NCBI GenBank assembly: GCA_963832605.1
Contig: CAWHUO010000019.1
Coordinates: forward strand, 38,108 to 102,107
Reading direction: 5' to 3'
DNA: 64,000 nt
Origin: an uncultured Alphaproteobacteria bacterium
Lineage (GTDB): Bacteria > Pseudomonadota > Alphaproteobacteria > Rhizobiales > Xanthobacteraceae
Shown here: piece by piece, positions 31,268 through 41,737 of the stretch
How positions within the stretch are numbered: the stretch's first letter is position 1
How the letters are laid out: every line of letters starts with the position of its first letter
Program-made: the position numbers and the translations under genes
Notes under the pieces: model-generated
Database searches by the model: none
The model's input: the letters and a program-made list of their open reading frames with translations, nothing else
Told to the model about the DNA's origin: nothing

Positions 31268-31353
31268 GGAAAAGCAGGGGAAGGGCGTCAACACGGTGCG
31301 TTTCGGCGTGAGCACGCAGTCGGCAACGCGTTGACCCGCTCGGAGGGACTTAC

Positions 31354-32847
31354 ATGGTAGCAGCAATACCGATCCGTGCGGCAGCTCGGGCGGGCTTGGT
31401 ATCGCTGGCCGCGTGCCTATCGCTGGCGCAAGGCGGCGCCGGGGCAGCCGAACTCAATGCCGGCGAGCCGCCGATGCAGACGATCACGGTCGCCGCGAGC
31501 GATTTCGGCTCGCGTGCCGTCGCGCTCGGTACCGGCAAATCGGTCGTCATCGACTTTCCGCGCGACATCAAGGATGTGCTGGTCGCCAATCCCAAGATCG
31601 CCAACGCCGTGATCCGCTCCGCGCGCCGCGCTTACGTCATCGGCAACGACGTTGGGCAGACCAATGTGTTTTTCTTCGATGGCGAAGGCCGGCAGATGGT
31701 TGGCCTCGACATTGCGGTAACGCGCAACCTCAACGGCATCCGCTCGGCAATCAAGCAGATCCTGCCGGATTACGACATCCGCGTCGAAGGCATCGGCGAA
31801 GGCGTCATTCTCTCTGGCATCGTGTCCAGCCAGGCCGAGGCCCAGCAGGCCTTCGACATCGCGACGCGGCTCCTTAACGTCGGTTCCGCCGCGACAGTCA
31901 GTAGCGGCGACAAAGTGGTCAACGCCATCGTCGTTCGCGGCCGCGATCAGATTATGCTTAAAGTCACCGTTGCCGAGGTCGAGCGCGATCTCATCAAGCA
32001 GCTGGGCGTCAATCTGTCGGGCTCACTCGGCTACGGCACCGCGGTGGTCAATTTCAACAATACCAATCCGTTCACCGCATATGGCCAATCGCTCAGCGGC
32101 TCCAGCATCAGCGGCGGATGGAAATCCATCACCGCCACGTTGCAAGCCATGGAGCAGGCCGGCGTCATCCATACCCTCGCCGAGCCGAACCTGACCGCCA
32201 TCTCGGGAGAAACCGCAACGTTCCTGGCCGGCGGCGAGTTTCCGATCCTGAATGGCTATTCCTGCTCGGCGACGTCGAGTACGCCCGGGGCGCCGACCAC
32301 CTGCCAGCCGGCGATCGAGTTCAAGAAGTTCGGCGTCAGTCTAAACTTCACCCCGGTCGTGCTCAGCGAGGGTCGCATCAGCCTCAAGGTCATGACAGAA
32401 GTGTCGGACCTCTCCAGCAACAATTCGCTGACCATTCCCATTCCTGGCACCACTGACACAGTTACGGTGCCGTCGATCCGCACCCGCCGCGCCGAAACCA
32501 CGCTCGAAATTCCGTCAGGCGGTTCGCTGGCGATGGCCGGCATGATTCAGGACGAGACGAGACACAACATCAACGGCCTTCCAGGTCTGATGCAGCTTCC
32601 CGTTCTCGGATCGTTGTTTAAGAGCAACGACTACGTCAACCAGCGGACCGAGTTGATGGTGCTGGTGACACCCTATGTGGTGCGCGCGGTCGCGCAGAAG
32701 GACCTGTCGCGGCCGGACGATGGGTTCGCCGACGCCAGCGATCCGGCGCAAGTGCTGCTCGGCCGGTTCAATCGTATCTACGGCGTTGGCGGTGCTACCG
32801 ATCCGCCAGACAACTACCGCGGCAAATACGGGTTCATCCTCGACTGA
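31354..32847 (+). CDS. cpaC: Flp pilus secretin CpaC/RcpA
   Basis: 497 aa. Signal peptide, pilus-N domain and a secretin C-domain (LAEPNLTAISGETATFLAGGEFP ... PGLMQLPVLGSLFKS). Confidence 0.9.
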   Translation: MVAAIPIRAAARAGLVSLAACLSLAQGGAGAAELNAGEPPMQTITVAASDFGSRAVALGTGKSVVIDFPRDIKDVLVANPKIANAVIRSARRAYVIGNDVGQTNVFFFDGEGRQMVGLDIAVTRNLNGIRSAIKQILPDYDIRVEGIGEGVILSGIVSSQAEAQQAFDIATRLLNVGSAATVSSGDKVVNAIVVRGRDQIMLKVTVAEVERDLIKQLGVNLSGSLGYGTAVVNFNNTNPFTAYGQSLSGSSISGGWKSITATLQAMEQAGVIHTLAEPNLTAISGETATFLAGGEFPILNGYSCSATSSTPGAPTTCQPAIEFKKFGVSLNFTPVVLSEGRISLKVMTEVSDLSSNNSLTIPIPGTTDTVTVPSIRTRRAETTLEIPSGGSLAMAGMIQDETRHNINGLPGLMQLPVLGSLFKSNDYVNQRTELMVLVTPYVVRAVAQKDLSRPDDGFADASDPAQVLLGRFNRIYGVGGATDPPDNYRGKYGFILD

Positions 32848-32869
32848 CTTGCGGCGCAAGGAGACGGTG

Positions 32870-33619
32870 ATGCAAAGCTTCCGGACATTGATGGGCGAGA
32901 ACCGCGGCAACGTGGGGCTGGGCATTCGTGCCGCGCTCGTCGCCGGCTGCGCAGTCTTCCTCTGCGCCTGCAATACCGACCAACAGGTCGCCGCCGTACC
33001 CGACGTTCCCACCGATTACCGCTTGCGTCACCCGATCACGATATCTGAAGCCGATCACACCATCGAAATCTTCGTCGGCTCCAATCGCGGCGAGCTCAAC
33101 GCGGCGCAACGTGCGCAGGTGCTCGAATTCGCGCAGACCTGGAAACACGAAGCCACTGGCGGTGTCGTGGTCGATCTGCCGGTCGGCACTAGCAATGAGC
33201 GCGCAGCCGCCGAGGCTATGCGCACAATTCGCTCGATCCTGGTGGCGACCGGCGTGCCACCGGACGGCATCGTCGTGCGCGGCTATCACCCGCCTGGCCG
33301 CAACTTCGCGACCATTCGCATCACCTATCCGAGAATCGCCGCGCAAGCCGGGCCCTGCGGTCTATGGCCCGAGGATATCGGGCCGAGCTTTAACCGCGAT
33401 TTCATGGAGAACCAGCCGCCGTGGAATCAGGGCTGCGCCACCCAACGCAATCTTGCCGCCATGGTCGATAATCCCGCGGATCTCGTTCAGCCGCGCGCCG
33501 AGACGCCGATCTATACGATGCGGCGCACCACGGTCGTTGAAAAATATCGAGAGGGCGCCGACCCTTCGACGCAAAACGCTTCGAGCAGCACTGCCAAAAT
33601 CAGCGATGTTGGCAAATGA
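32870..33619 (+). CDS. cpaD: Pilus assembly lipoprotein CpaD
   Basis: ATG at 32870. Lipobox FLCAC. YRLRHPITISE...EIFVG is typical of CpaD. Confidence 0.8.
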   Translation: MQSFRTLMGENRGNVGLGIRAALVAGCAVFLCACNTDQQVAAVPDVPTDYRLRHPITISEADHTIEIFVGSNRGELNAAQRAQVLEFAQTWKHEATGGVVVDLPVGTSNERAAAEAMRTIRSILVATGVPPDGIVVRGYHPPGRNFATIRITYPRIAAQAGPCGLWPEDIGPSFNRDFMENQPPWNQGCATQRNLAAMVDNPADLVQPRAETPIYTMRRTTVVEKYREGADPSTQNASSSTAKISDVGK

Positions 33620-33631
33620 TGCGGGCATAGG

Positions 33632-34909
33632 ATGAGTTCAGCCAGCCAAGCCGTCCAGCTTGAAAGTCCCCCCACCGACGTTGCGGGGCGCGATGAACGT
33701 ATCGCGCCGGCGCCGCGTGTTTCGGTGCAGGCTTTCTGCGAAACCGTGGAAACCGCCGCCGCGATCCAGGCGGCCGGCGAAGATCGGCGCATGGCCAAAG
33801 CGCATCTGCGCATCCAGATGGGCGGCCTGGTCGCCGCGATCGAGGCCTATCAAAACTCGCCGACGCCGAACGTCATCATCCTCGAATCCGAGAGCCGAAA
33901 CGAAGATATCCTGGAGGGGCTCGATCAGCTTTCCCCCGTATGCGACGCCGCCACGCGGGTCATTATCATCGGGCGCGTGAACGACGTCGGGCTCTATCGT
34001 GATATGGTGCGGCGCGGCGTCAGCGACTATCTGATCGCGCCGGTCGGCGCCCTCCAGGTCGTGCGCGCGGTCTGTGGCCTGTTTTCTGCGCCCGACGCCA
34101 AGCCAGTCGGCCGGGTCATCGCCGTGGTCGGGGCCAAAGGCGGCGTGGGCGCTTCCACTATCGCCCACAACATTGCCTTTTCCGTAGCGCGAGACCAGGT
34201 CCTCGACGCGGTCGTGACTGATCTTGATCTCGCGTTCGGTACCGCCGGCCTCGATTTCAACCAGGACCCGCCGCAGGGCATCGCCGAAGCGGTGTTTTCG
34301 CCCGACCGCATCGACAATGCCTTTATCGACCGGCTGTTGTCGAAATGCACCGATCATCTGAGTCTCTTGGCGGCGCCGGCGACGCTGGACCATGTTTACG
34401 ACTTTGGCGCTGACGCATTCGAGGCGATCTTCGATTCACTGCGCGCGACCGTGCCGTGCGTCATTCTCGACGTGCCGCATCAGTGGACCGGTTGGACCAA
34501 ACAAACCCTGGTGGGGGCCGATGACATTCTGATCGTTGCCGCGCCCGATCTCGCCAACCTGCGCAACACCAAGAATCTCTACGATTTCCTCAAGGCGGCG
34601 CGACCGAACGATCATCGCCCGCTCTACTGTCTCAATCAGGTCGGTGTTCCTAAGCGTCCCGAAATCAAGGCCGCCGATTTCGCCAAGGCGCTGGACGACG
34701 AGGCAGTTGCTGCCATCCCGTTCGAACCGCAGGTGTTTGGCGCAGCGGCGAATAATGGCCAGATGATCGCTGAGATCGCCGCCAATCATCGCACTGCCGA
34801 GATATTTCGGCAGCTGGCGCAGCGGTTGATCGGCCGCGCTGAGCCGAAGAAGCAACGGGCGAGCCTGTTCTCGCCGCTGATCGATAAACTGCTGCAGCGG
34901 CAATCTTAG
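33632..34909 (+). CDS. cpaE: Pilus assembly ATPase-like protein CpaE/TadZ
   Basis: 425 aa. Receiver-like N-domain plus a MinD/ParA-type domain with deviant Walker A GAKGGVGAST. Confidence 0.9.
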   Translation: MSSASQAVQLESPPTDVAGRDERIAPAPRVSVQAFCETVETAAAIQAAGEDRRMAKAHLRIQMGGLVAAIEAYQNSPTPNVIILESESRNEDILEGLDQLSPVCDAATRVIIIGRVNDVGLYRDMVRRGVSDYLIAPVGALQVVRAVCGLFSAPDAKPVGRVIAVVGAKGGVGASTIAHNIAFSVARDQVLDAVVTDLDLAFGTAGLDFNQDPPQGIAEAVFSPDRIDNAFIDRLLSKCTDHLSLLAAPATLDHVYDFGADAFEAIFDSLRATVPCVILDVPHQWTGWTKQTLVGADDILIVAAPDLANLRNTKNLYDFLKAARPNDHRPLYCLNQVGVPKRPEIKAADFAKALDDEAVAAIPFEPQVFGAAANNGQMIAEIAANHRTAEIFRQLAQRLIGRAEPKKQRASLFSPLIDKLLQRQS

Positions 34910-34927
34910 CCGTCATCTGGAGTTGCG

Positions 34928-36481
34928 TTGGTGTTTGGCAAGCGTCCCAGTTCCGGCGGTACCGCTCCGGCCGTCATAGATCGGCCGCAGGCGGCGCCGA
35001 GTGCGGCAGCACCGCCGCCGGCTGTCGCGCCTGCTGCCGCCGCTGCCGCAAACGCCGCGCAGCAGGGCGGGCGCACGCCGTTCCCGTCAGCAGGGCTCGG
35101 GGCTCCGATTCTCGGGCCGCCATCGGCTAAACCCGCGGCCAGCCTGCAAAATCCGCCGGTACAAGTCCCTTCCGCAATCGATACCCGCCGCTCGGATACG
35201 TATTACGAAACCAAGGGGACGATTTTCGGCGCTCTGATCGAGGCGATCGACCTCGGTCAGCTCGCCAAGCTCGACGCCGAATCCGCCCGCGAAGAAATCC
35301 GCGACATCGTCAACGAAATCATCGCGATCAAGAACATCGTGATGTCGATCTCCGAGCAGGAGGATCTGCTCGACGACATCTGCAACGACGTGCTCGGGTA
35401 TGGGCCGCTAGAGCCGTTGTTGGCGCGCGATGAGATTGCCGACATCATGGTGAACGGCGCGGGCACGGTCTACATCGAGGTCAACGGCAAGATCCAGCGC
35501 ACCAGCATCCGCTTCCGCGACAATCAGCAATTGCTCAATATCTGCCAGCGCATCGTCAGCCAAGTGGGCCGCCGCGTCGATGAATCGTCGCCAATCTGCG
35601 ACGCCCGACTGCCCGATGGCTCGCGCGTCAACGCCATCGTGCCGCCGCTGGCGATCGACGGACCGGCGCTCACCATCCGCAAATTCCGCAAGGAAAAACT
35701 CACACTCGAGCAGCTTGTCAAATATGGCTCGCTGTCGCCGGAAGGGGCGGCCATCCTCAAAGTGATCGGCCGCTGCCGTGTCAACACGCTCGTCTCTGGC
35801 GGCACCGGCTCCGGCAAGACGACGCTGCTCAATTGCCTCACCCGTTACATCGACCCCGACGAACGCATCGTCACTTGCGAAGACGCCGCGGAGTTGCAGC
35901 TCCAGCAGCCGCATGTCGTGCGCCTGGAAACGCGGCCGCCCAACCTCGAAGGTGAAGGCCAGATCACGATGCGCGATCTGGTGCGGAACTGCCTGCGCAT
36001 GCGACCGGAGCGGATCATCGTCGGCGAGGTGCGCGGCGGAGAAGCGTTCGACCTTCTCCAGGCGATGAATACCGGTCACGACGGCTCGATGGGCACGCTG
36101 CACGCCAACAGTCCGCGCGAGGCGCTATCGCGTTTGGAATCGATGATCATGATGGGCGGATACGCGCTGCCCACGCGTACCATCCGCGAAATGATGGTCG
36201 CTTCCGTCGACATCATCGTCCATGGCGCGCGTCTGCGCGACGGCTCCCGCCGCATCACGCACATTACCGAGGTGATGGGGATGGAAGGAGACGTCATCAT
36301 CACCCAGGATCTGTTTCTGTTCGACATTCTCGGCGAAGACGCGAACGGCAATCTGATCGGTCGACACCGGTCGACCGGCATCGGTCGTCCGAGATTTTGG
36401 GATCGCGCGCGCTACTACGGCGAAGACCAACGCCTTGCGGCCGCGCTCGATGCAGCGAACACGGTAGACGCGCGGGCGTAA
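34928..36481 (+). CDS. cpaF: Pilus assembly secretion ATPase CpaF/TadA
   Basis: 517 aa. Ala/Pro-rich N-terminus, Walker [10 protein letters not shown], Asp/His boxes of VirB11/GspE-like ATPases. TTG/GTG start. Confidence 0.95.
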   Translation: MVFGKRPSSGGTAPAVIDRPQAAPSAAAPPPAVAPAAAAAANAAQQGGRTPFPSAGLGAPILGPPSAKPAASLQNPPVQVPSAIDTRRSDTYYETKGTIFGALIEAIDLGQLAKLDAESAREEIRDIVNEIIAIKNIVMSISEQEDLLDDICNDVLGYGPLEPLLARDEIADIMVNGAGTVYIEVNGKIQRTSIRFRDNQQLLNICQRIVSQVGRRVDESSPICDARLPDGSRVNAIVPPLAIDGPALTIRKFRKEKLTLEQLVKYGSLSPEGAAILKVIGRCRVNTLVSGGTGSGKTTLLNCLTRYIDPDERIVTCEDAAELQLQQPHVVRLETRPPNLEGEGQITMRDLVRNCLRMRPERIIVGEVRGGEAFDLLQAMNTGHDGSMGTLHANSPREALSRLESMIMMGGYALPTRTIREMMVASVDIIVHGARLRDGSRRITHITEVMGMEGDVIITQDLFLFDILGEDANGNLIGRHRSTGIGRPRFWDRARYYGEDQRLAAALDAANTVDARA

Positions 36482-36542
36482 GGCGCGATGGTGGCGCCAT
36501 CTTCCGCGAAGTTAGGTGCCGAGGAGTAATCGGGAAGCCACG

Positions 36543-37517
36543 ATGAATACCTACGTCCTTTTTCTTCTGGTAGCGATCGCGATGGGTGGCGTCGTTTGGG
36601 TATTTGTTTACCCGTTTCTTTCCGGCGAGCGGAATACGGAACGGCGCCTGGCCAGCGTCGCGCAAACTGAGCCGACGGCGCATCGTCCGGCGACGCGGGC
36701 CGCTCACAAAACGCGCCGTGAGCAGGTCGAAGGCAGCCTCAAGCAGCTTGAAGCGCGGCAAAAGACCGCCAGCCGCGTGCCGCTCTCGGTGCGGCTCGTG
36801 CAGGCCGGGCTTAATTGGTCGACCCGCCGCTTTATCGTAACGGCGGCCGTGTTGGGCGTGGCCGCTCTTGCGTTGGCGCTCATGCTGAGAATCGGGTTGG
36901 TGCCGGCTCTCGGCCTAGCGTTTGCCGCTGGGGCCGGACTTCCGTTTTGGATTTTGAGGTTTCTAAAGAAGCGCCGGGAAACGCGTTTTCTTGAGATTTT
37001 TCCGGACGCTGTCGACGTGATCGTACGCGGCATCAAGGCCGGTCTGCCACTGCTCGATAGTCTCAAGCTGATCGCTGCCGAGGCAGAGGAACCCGTTCGC
37101 AGCGAAATCCGCGGCATCATTGAAACGCAGGCGATCGGTATCCCGATTGGCGAGGCTGTTCTGAAGCTCTACGAGCACATGCCGCTGCCGGAGGCGAACT
37201 TCTTTTGCATCGTTATTTCGATCCAGCAACGCGCCGGCGGCAATCTCTCCGAAACGCTCGGCAACCTGTCCCGCGTTCTGCGCGATCGCAAGAAGATGAA
37301 GGCGAAAATCCAAGCCATGTCGATGGAGGCCAAGGCCTCCGCTAGTATCATCGGCGCGCTCCCGATTGCAGTGATGCTGCTCGTGTACATCACCAGCCCT
37401 CAGTACATTTCGCTGTTATGGACGGAATCCCTCGGACGCGTGATGTTGGCCTGCTGCGTCGTTTGGATGTCCATCGGCATCTTCGTGATGCGCAAGATGA
37501 TCAACTTCGATTTCTGA
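36543..37517 (+). CDS. tadB: Type II secretion system F-family inner membrane protein TadB
   Basis: ATG at 36543. T2SSF domain (...FPDAVDVIVRGIKAGLPLLDSLKLIA...). Confidence 0.85.
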   Translation: MNTYVLFLLVAIAMGGVVWVFVYPFLSGERNTERRLASVAQTEPTAHRPATRAAHKTRREQVEGSLKQLEARQKTASRVPLSVRLVQAGLNWSTRRFIVTAAVLGVAALALALMLRIGLVPALGLAFAAGAGLPFWILRFLKKRRETRFLEIFPDAVDVIVRGIKAGLPLLDSLKLIAAEAEEPVRSEIRGIIETQAIGIPIGEAVLKLYEHMPLPEANFFCIVISIQQRAGGNLSETLGNLSRVLRDRKKMKAKIQAMSMEAKASASIIGALPIAVMLLVYITSPQYISLLWTESLGRVMLACCVVWMSIGIFVMRKMINFDF

Positions 37518-37526
37518 GCAACATTA

Positions 37527-38481
37527 ATGCTTCGCCTCCTCGAGCAGCTGATCGATCCGCACGTTCTCGCCATGGTGTTCGCCGCAATCGCGGCCGGTGC
37601 GACAGTGATCACACTGGCGATGCCATTGCTGGTTCGGGACACGCTGTCCACGCGTATGAAGGCGGTGGCCTTCGAGCGCGAAAAAATCCGCCAGCGAGAG
37701 CGCGAACGATTGGCGCAGGGGAATAGAGTTGCGCTGCGGCAATCGCCCAAAGCGTACATGAAAACCGTCGTTGAGAACTTCAATCTCAGCAAATGGGTCG
37801 GGCAGGAGGAAGCTCGCGCCTTGCTGGTGCGGGCGGGCTATCGCGGGCAGGCGCCTTATGTCACCTACCTTTTCTTCCGCATGGTGATGCCGGTGGTCAT
37901 GCTGCTGGGGTCATTGTTTTACGTCTTCGTGGTGATCGACCTCGATCAGCCGGCGTTGATCAAGATCGGAATCGCGATCGGTGCCGCTTATTTCGGCATC
38001 TTGAGTCCGAACCTGTTTCTCAAGAACAAGATTTCAGCGGCGGCAGCTTTCGATTAAGCGCGCATTCCCGGATGCGCTCGATCTGCTCCTGATTTGCATC
38101 GAATCGGGCATGTCGGTCGAGGCTGCCTTTCAGAAGGTCAGTGCAGAAATTGGAACGCAGTCCGTCGAGCTCGCCGAGGAACTCACGCTGACAACGGCGG
38201 AATTGTCCTATCTGCCGGATCGCCGTCAGGCGTACGACAATCTGGCGCAACGCGTTGGTCTCGAAGGCGTGAAATCGGTATGTCTGGCTTTGCAGCAAGC
38301 GGAACGTTACGGCACGGCGCTAGGCACGACCATGCGGGTGTTGTCGCAGGAGAATCGCGATATGCGCATGTCGGAAGCCGAGAAGAAGGCCGCTGGTCTG
38401 CCGCCGAAACTCACCGTGCCGATGATCTTGTTCTTCCTGCCGGTGCTGTTCGTTGTCATTCTCGGCCCGGCGGCGATTTGA
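37527..38481 (+). pseudogene. tadC: Type II secretion system F-family protein TadC, one frameshift near 38033
   Basis: ORF 37527..38057 ends ...LFLKNKISAAAAFD*. The expected continuation RRQLSIKRAFPDALDLLLICIESGMSVEAAFQKV reads in the frame of ORF 38110..38481. Confidence 0.85.
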
Positions 38482-38512
38482 GTCATGGGGCTGCAGTAAT
38501 CCCCGTCGCGGT

Positions 38513-39395
38513 TCATTCCCGCGGCGGCGGGGATCCAAAAGAACTTTGCGCCGTGCTTGAACCTGCCGGATCTCCGCCGCCGCGGGAAAAACGAGTGGAC
38601 AAGCGATCGTCGCCGCGGCGAGCCAGCATCTGCCGCAGATAGGCGACGTTGGCGGCAGCCTCGTCTGGTGGCAGATCGGCGCGCGCGATGGTCTGCGCTT
38701 CCGCGAAACGGCCTTGCAGGCCGACGACGAGTGCGAGGTTCTGCCGCACCCGCGAATTGACCGGACGCTGCGCTGCCGCCCGGCGTAACGTCGTCTCGGC
38801 CTCTCGGTAGATTCTTTGAGAGTGCATAGGAGAGCCCGAGGTTGGAGAGGACCGACGGCTCGTCTGGAACGATCTTCAGCGCGGTCAGGTAATAGCGCTG
38901 TGCGTCGGCATGGCGGCCCATTTGATCGAGCACGGCGCCTTGCGCCGACAAGATGTGCCAGTCGGGCTGGTCGGGCGTATGCGCGCGTTCCAGCACTTCG
39001 AGCGCCTGCCCATAATCCCCGGCCTCGGCCAGCGCCCGCCCGTAGGCGCCGAGGACGGCTTTGTCATGCGGATTCTCGATCGAAAGCCGCTCAAGGACGG
39101 CGACCGCCTGAGCGCGTTGCCCGGTTGCGCGCAACGCCTGGGCATAGCGCATCGCCACGTCGATGTTTGCGGGACTCGCTCGATATTTCTCCCCGTAGAC
39201 TTGAACATCCTGCCGCCAATCGGCATCCGGACGATCAGGCGGCGCCAGCGGCAGCGATCCCGTCGTCTCGGTGGTCTGCGTCGTTTGGCATCCGGCCGTT
39301 GCTACTGCGAGGACGGCGAGAAGGGCAGCCGAGGCGAAGAGGCGAACAGAGAGAATACTGTTCCCACCTGTTGAGGGCATCTCGATCGCTGCCAA
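38513..39395 (-). pseudogene. TPR-repeat lipoprotein (TadD-like), at least one frameshift near 38815
   Basis: Lipobox AVATAGC. TPR repeats lie in ORF 38307..39395 up to ...LGLSYALSK. They continue (RIYREAETTLRRAAAQRPVNSRVRQNLALVVGLQGRFAEA...) in ORF 38513..38827. The true 3' end is uncertain. Confidence 0.7.
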
Positions 39396-39651
39396 AATAA
39401 GTACCGCGGCGCCGGGCGCGCCGCCGCCGCAGGGCAGGTCAGCAATAGAACGTTAACCCTAATGAGAAGTTAACGGCGCCAGATGGGAGTTGGGGTGGTG
39501 CCGGAGGCAGCCAGGCGCTGGGGGAGGGAGCGCGACCGCTGTTGATTGAATTGCCTGCCGCCGGAGCTTCCTGCCGGACCTTGATCTTTTCGGAAAGAAA
39601 CCGCTTGTGGACCAAAGTCAGGTCGGGAGTGGTCTCTTCCGGATCGTCGTT

Positions 39652-40389
39652 CTAGGCCAGCACTTTGCTTGGCGTCGGGCGCATCTCGCCGACATAGCTC
39701 GAGGTATCGCCTTTGGGCCTTTCGCCGGCAATGGCATGACCCTCGACCATGTAATGCACGGCTTCGGCGATATTGGTGGCATGATCGCCGATACGCTCGA
39801 TGTTCTTAGCGCAGAACAGATGGTGGATGCACATGGAGATCGTACCCGGATCCTCCATCGTGTAGGTCAGCAATTCCCGGAACAGGGAAACGTAGAGCGC
39901 ATCGACGTCCTTGTCGGCTTGCCACACTTGCAGCGCCTTGCTCGGGTTGCGATCGACGAAGCTGTCGAGCACCGCCGCCAGCTGTGAGACCACGAGCGCC
40001 GCCATGTGCTTGAGCCCGCGCATCAGCGCGCGCTGCGAATTGTCGCCGCTCACGGCGATGACCCGCTTGCCGATGTTCTTTGCCAGATCTCCGACCCGTT
40101 CGAGATCGTTGGCGATGCGCAACATCGCTACGAGCGCCCGCAGATCGATGGCCATCGGCTGCCGCAACGCGATCGTCGCGATTGCCTTTTCCTCGATCTG
40201 CCGCTGCAAAGCGTCAACCGTCGCATCGGCAGCAATGACCTGGCGTGCCAAGCCGATGTCGCGGCGCGTTAGCGCGTCGATTGAGTCCGTAATTTGCTTC
40301 TGGGCGAAGCCGCCCATCTGCGCGACCAGCTGCGTGAGCTTGATGAGGTCGGTATCGAAGACTTGCGCGGTGTGCTCGGAAACGTTCAT
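39652..40389 (-). CDS. phoU: PhoU family phosphate-signalling protein (no pst genes adjacent)
   Basis: ATG at 40389 (MNVSEHTAQVFDTDL...). Two PhoU repeats carry the conserved E/D-xxx-D motifs (ANDLERVGDLAKNI, AKNIERIGDHATNI). Confidence 0.9.
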   Translation of the reverse strand: MNVSEHTAQVFDTDLIKLTQLVAQMGGFAQKQITDSIDALTRRDIGLARQVIAADATVDALQRQIEEKAIATIALRQPMAIDLRALVAMLRIANDLERVGDLAKNIGKRVIAVSGDNSQRALMRGLKHMAALVVSQLAAVLDSFVDRNPSKALQVWQADKDVDALYVSLFRELLTYTMEDPGTISMCIHHLFCAKNIERIGDHATNIAEAVHYMVEGHAIAGERPKGDTSSYVGEMRPTPSKVLA

Positions 40390-40880
40390 GGCATTTTCGC
40401 AGTCGCTGGCGCCTCGCTTCGGGCGCGTTCTCGTTCCCATTGCCAACGATCGACAACCGCCGAATCCGTGGCAAAGTCTCGCCGCTCCGTGAGCACAAAC
40501 AAGCGAGGCCCCGTGACGTGTGCGACTGTCGTTGGCAAGTGCGTCGTCTGCGTCGTCGGCAAGCGGCTCGATAGTTCCGCATCCGAGTTCGTCGGTTGCT
40601 CGGTCTTGGCGGACGAGCCGCAACGGAACGACGTACAATGGCCCATCGACTTACAACTCGGGCTGCATTAGACGCTGCCGAACACTCGTTAGATGCCGGC
40701 AAACGCCGCGAATCCAATGCGTTATCATCCTACGATTCGAGCGTGACGATCGGATGACACCGGGCTTTCGATAGCTTGACGGAGACGCCGGTCCCCTGTC
40801 ATCACAATCACATCGAGGCGCAAATAAAATTTCACCGATTCGCGGCGCGGCCTTAGGCCGGCCGGGCGTGCAGGGATCGG

Positions 40881-41144
40881 ATGATGGCCTCAGCGGTGGT
40901 GGATGCGATCGGAGCGATCGGCGCCGTCCTGACCACAGTGTGCTGGGTCCCGCAGGCGATCAAGATCATCCGTGATCGGGAAACACGCGCGATCTCGCTG
41001 CCGGGCACGACGTTATGCGTGCTTGGCGTGCTGCTTTGGCTCGTTTACGGGCTGGCGATCGTGGATGGGCCGTTGATCGGATCGAGCGTTGTCACCTTCG
41101 CCATCACGACGGTGATCTTGGTGCTGAAAATCCGCCACGGCTGA
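40881..41144 (+). CDS. SemiSWEET / PQ-loop family transporter
   Basis: 87 aa, three TM helices, PQ motif (CWVPQAIKI). Confidence 0.75.
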   Translation: MMASAVVDAIGAIGAVLTTVCWVPQAIKIIRDRETRAISLPGTTLCVLGVLLWLVYGLAIVDGPLIGSSVVTFAITTVILVLKIRHG

Positions 41145-41158
41145 TGAGCCGGATTATT

Positions 41159-41680
41159 TTAGGCCGCCGATGCCTGCTTGAGCAGGGCAAGCAGGCCTTG
41201 CAGCAATTGCCGCGGCGTGGGCGGGCAGCCGCTGATGTGGAGATCGACCGGAACTACGGCGCCGACTCCGCCGACGACACCGTAGCTGCCAGCGAATACG
41301 CCGCCATCGGCGGCGCAATGGCCCACGGCGACGACCCATTTCGGGTCCGGCGTCGCATTGTAGGTGCGCTCGAGCGCTTCGCGCATGTTCTTGGTCACCG
41401 GCCCGGTCACCAAGAGCACATCGGCATGGCGCGGAGAGGCGACAAAGCGCAGTCCGAAACGCTCCAGATCGTAGAAGGCATTGTTGAGCGCGTGGATTTC
41501 AAGTTCGCAGCCGTTGCAAGAGCCGGCGTCGACCTCACGGATCGCCAGGCTGCGGCCGAGCCGGAGGCGGGCGGCACGGTTGACGCCCTCCGCCAGTTCA
41601 GCAAGCGCGGCGTCATCGGGCAATGGCGGCGCTTCGGTCAGCGGCCGGTGCGTCAGGCTCTCGAACAATGTTCTGCGCAT
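41159..41680 (-). CDS. NuoB/HycG/HyfI-like small subunit of a group-4-hydrogenase-related complex
   Basis: 173 aa. DAGSCNGCELEI, SPRHADVLLVTGPVT, VGHCA and SGCPPTP are present, so all four Cys of the proximal 4Fe-4S cluster are retained. Confidence 0.9.
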   Translation of the reverse strand: MRRTLFESLTHRPLTEAPPLPDDAALAELAEGVNRAARLRLGRSLAIREVDAGSCNGCELEIHALNNAFYDLERFGLRFVASPRHADVLLVTGPVTKNMREALERTYNATPDPKWVVAVGHCAADGGVFAGSYGVVGGVGAVVPVDLHISGCPPTPRQLLQGLLALLKQASAA

Positions 41681-41737
41681 AATTCGCCTTTTTTAGTTGC
41701 GCACGTTTTGCACAGAAAACCGGTTTCTGCGCATGCG

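Noticed and set aside
40390-40880. Possible pstB remnant upstream of phoU
   Set aside because: None of the six-frame translations shows Walker or ABC signature motifs, or a PstB-like C-terminus.
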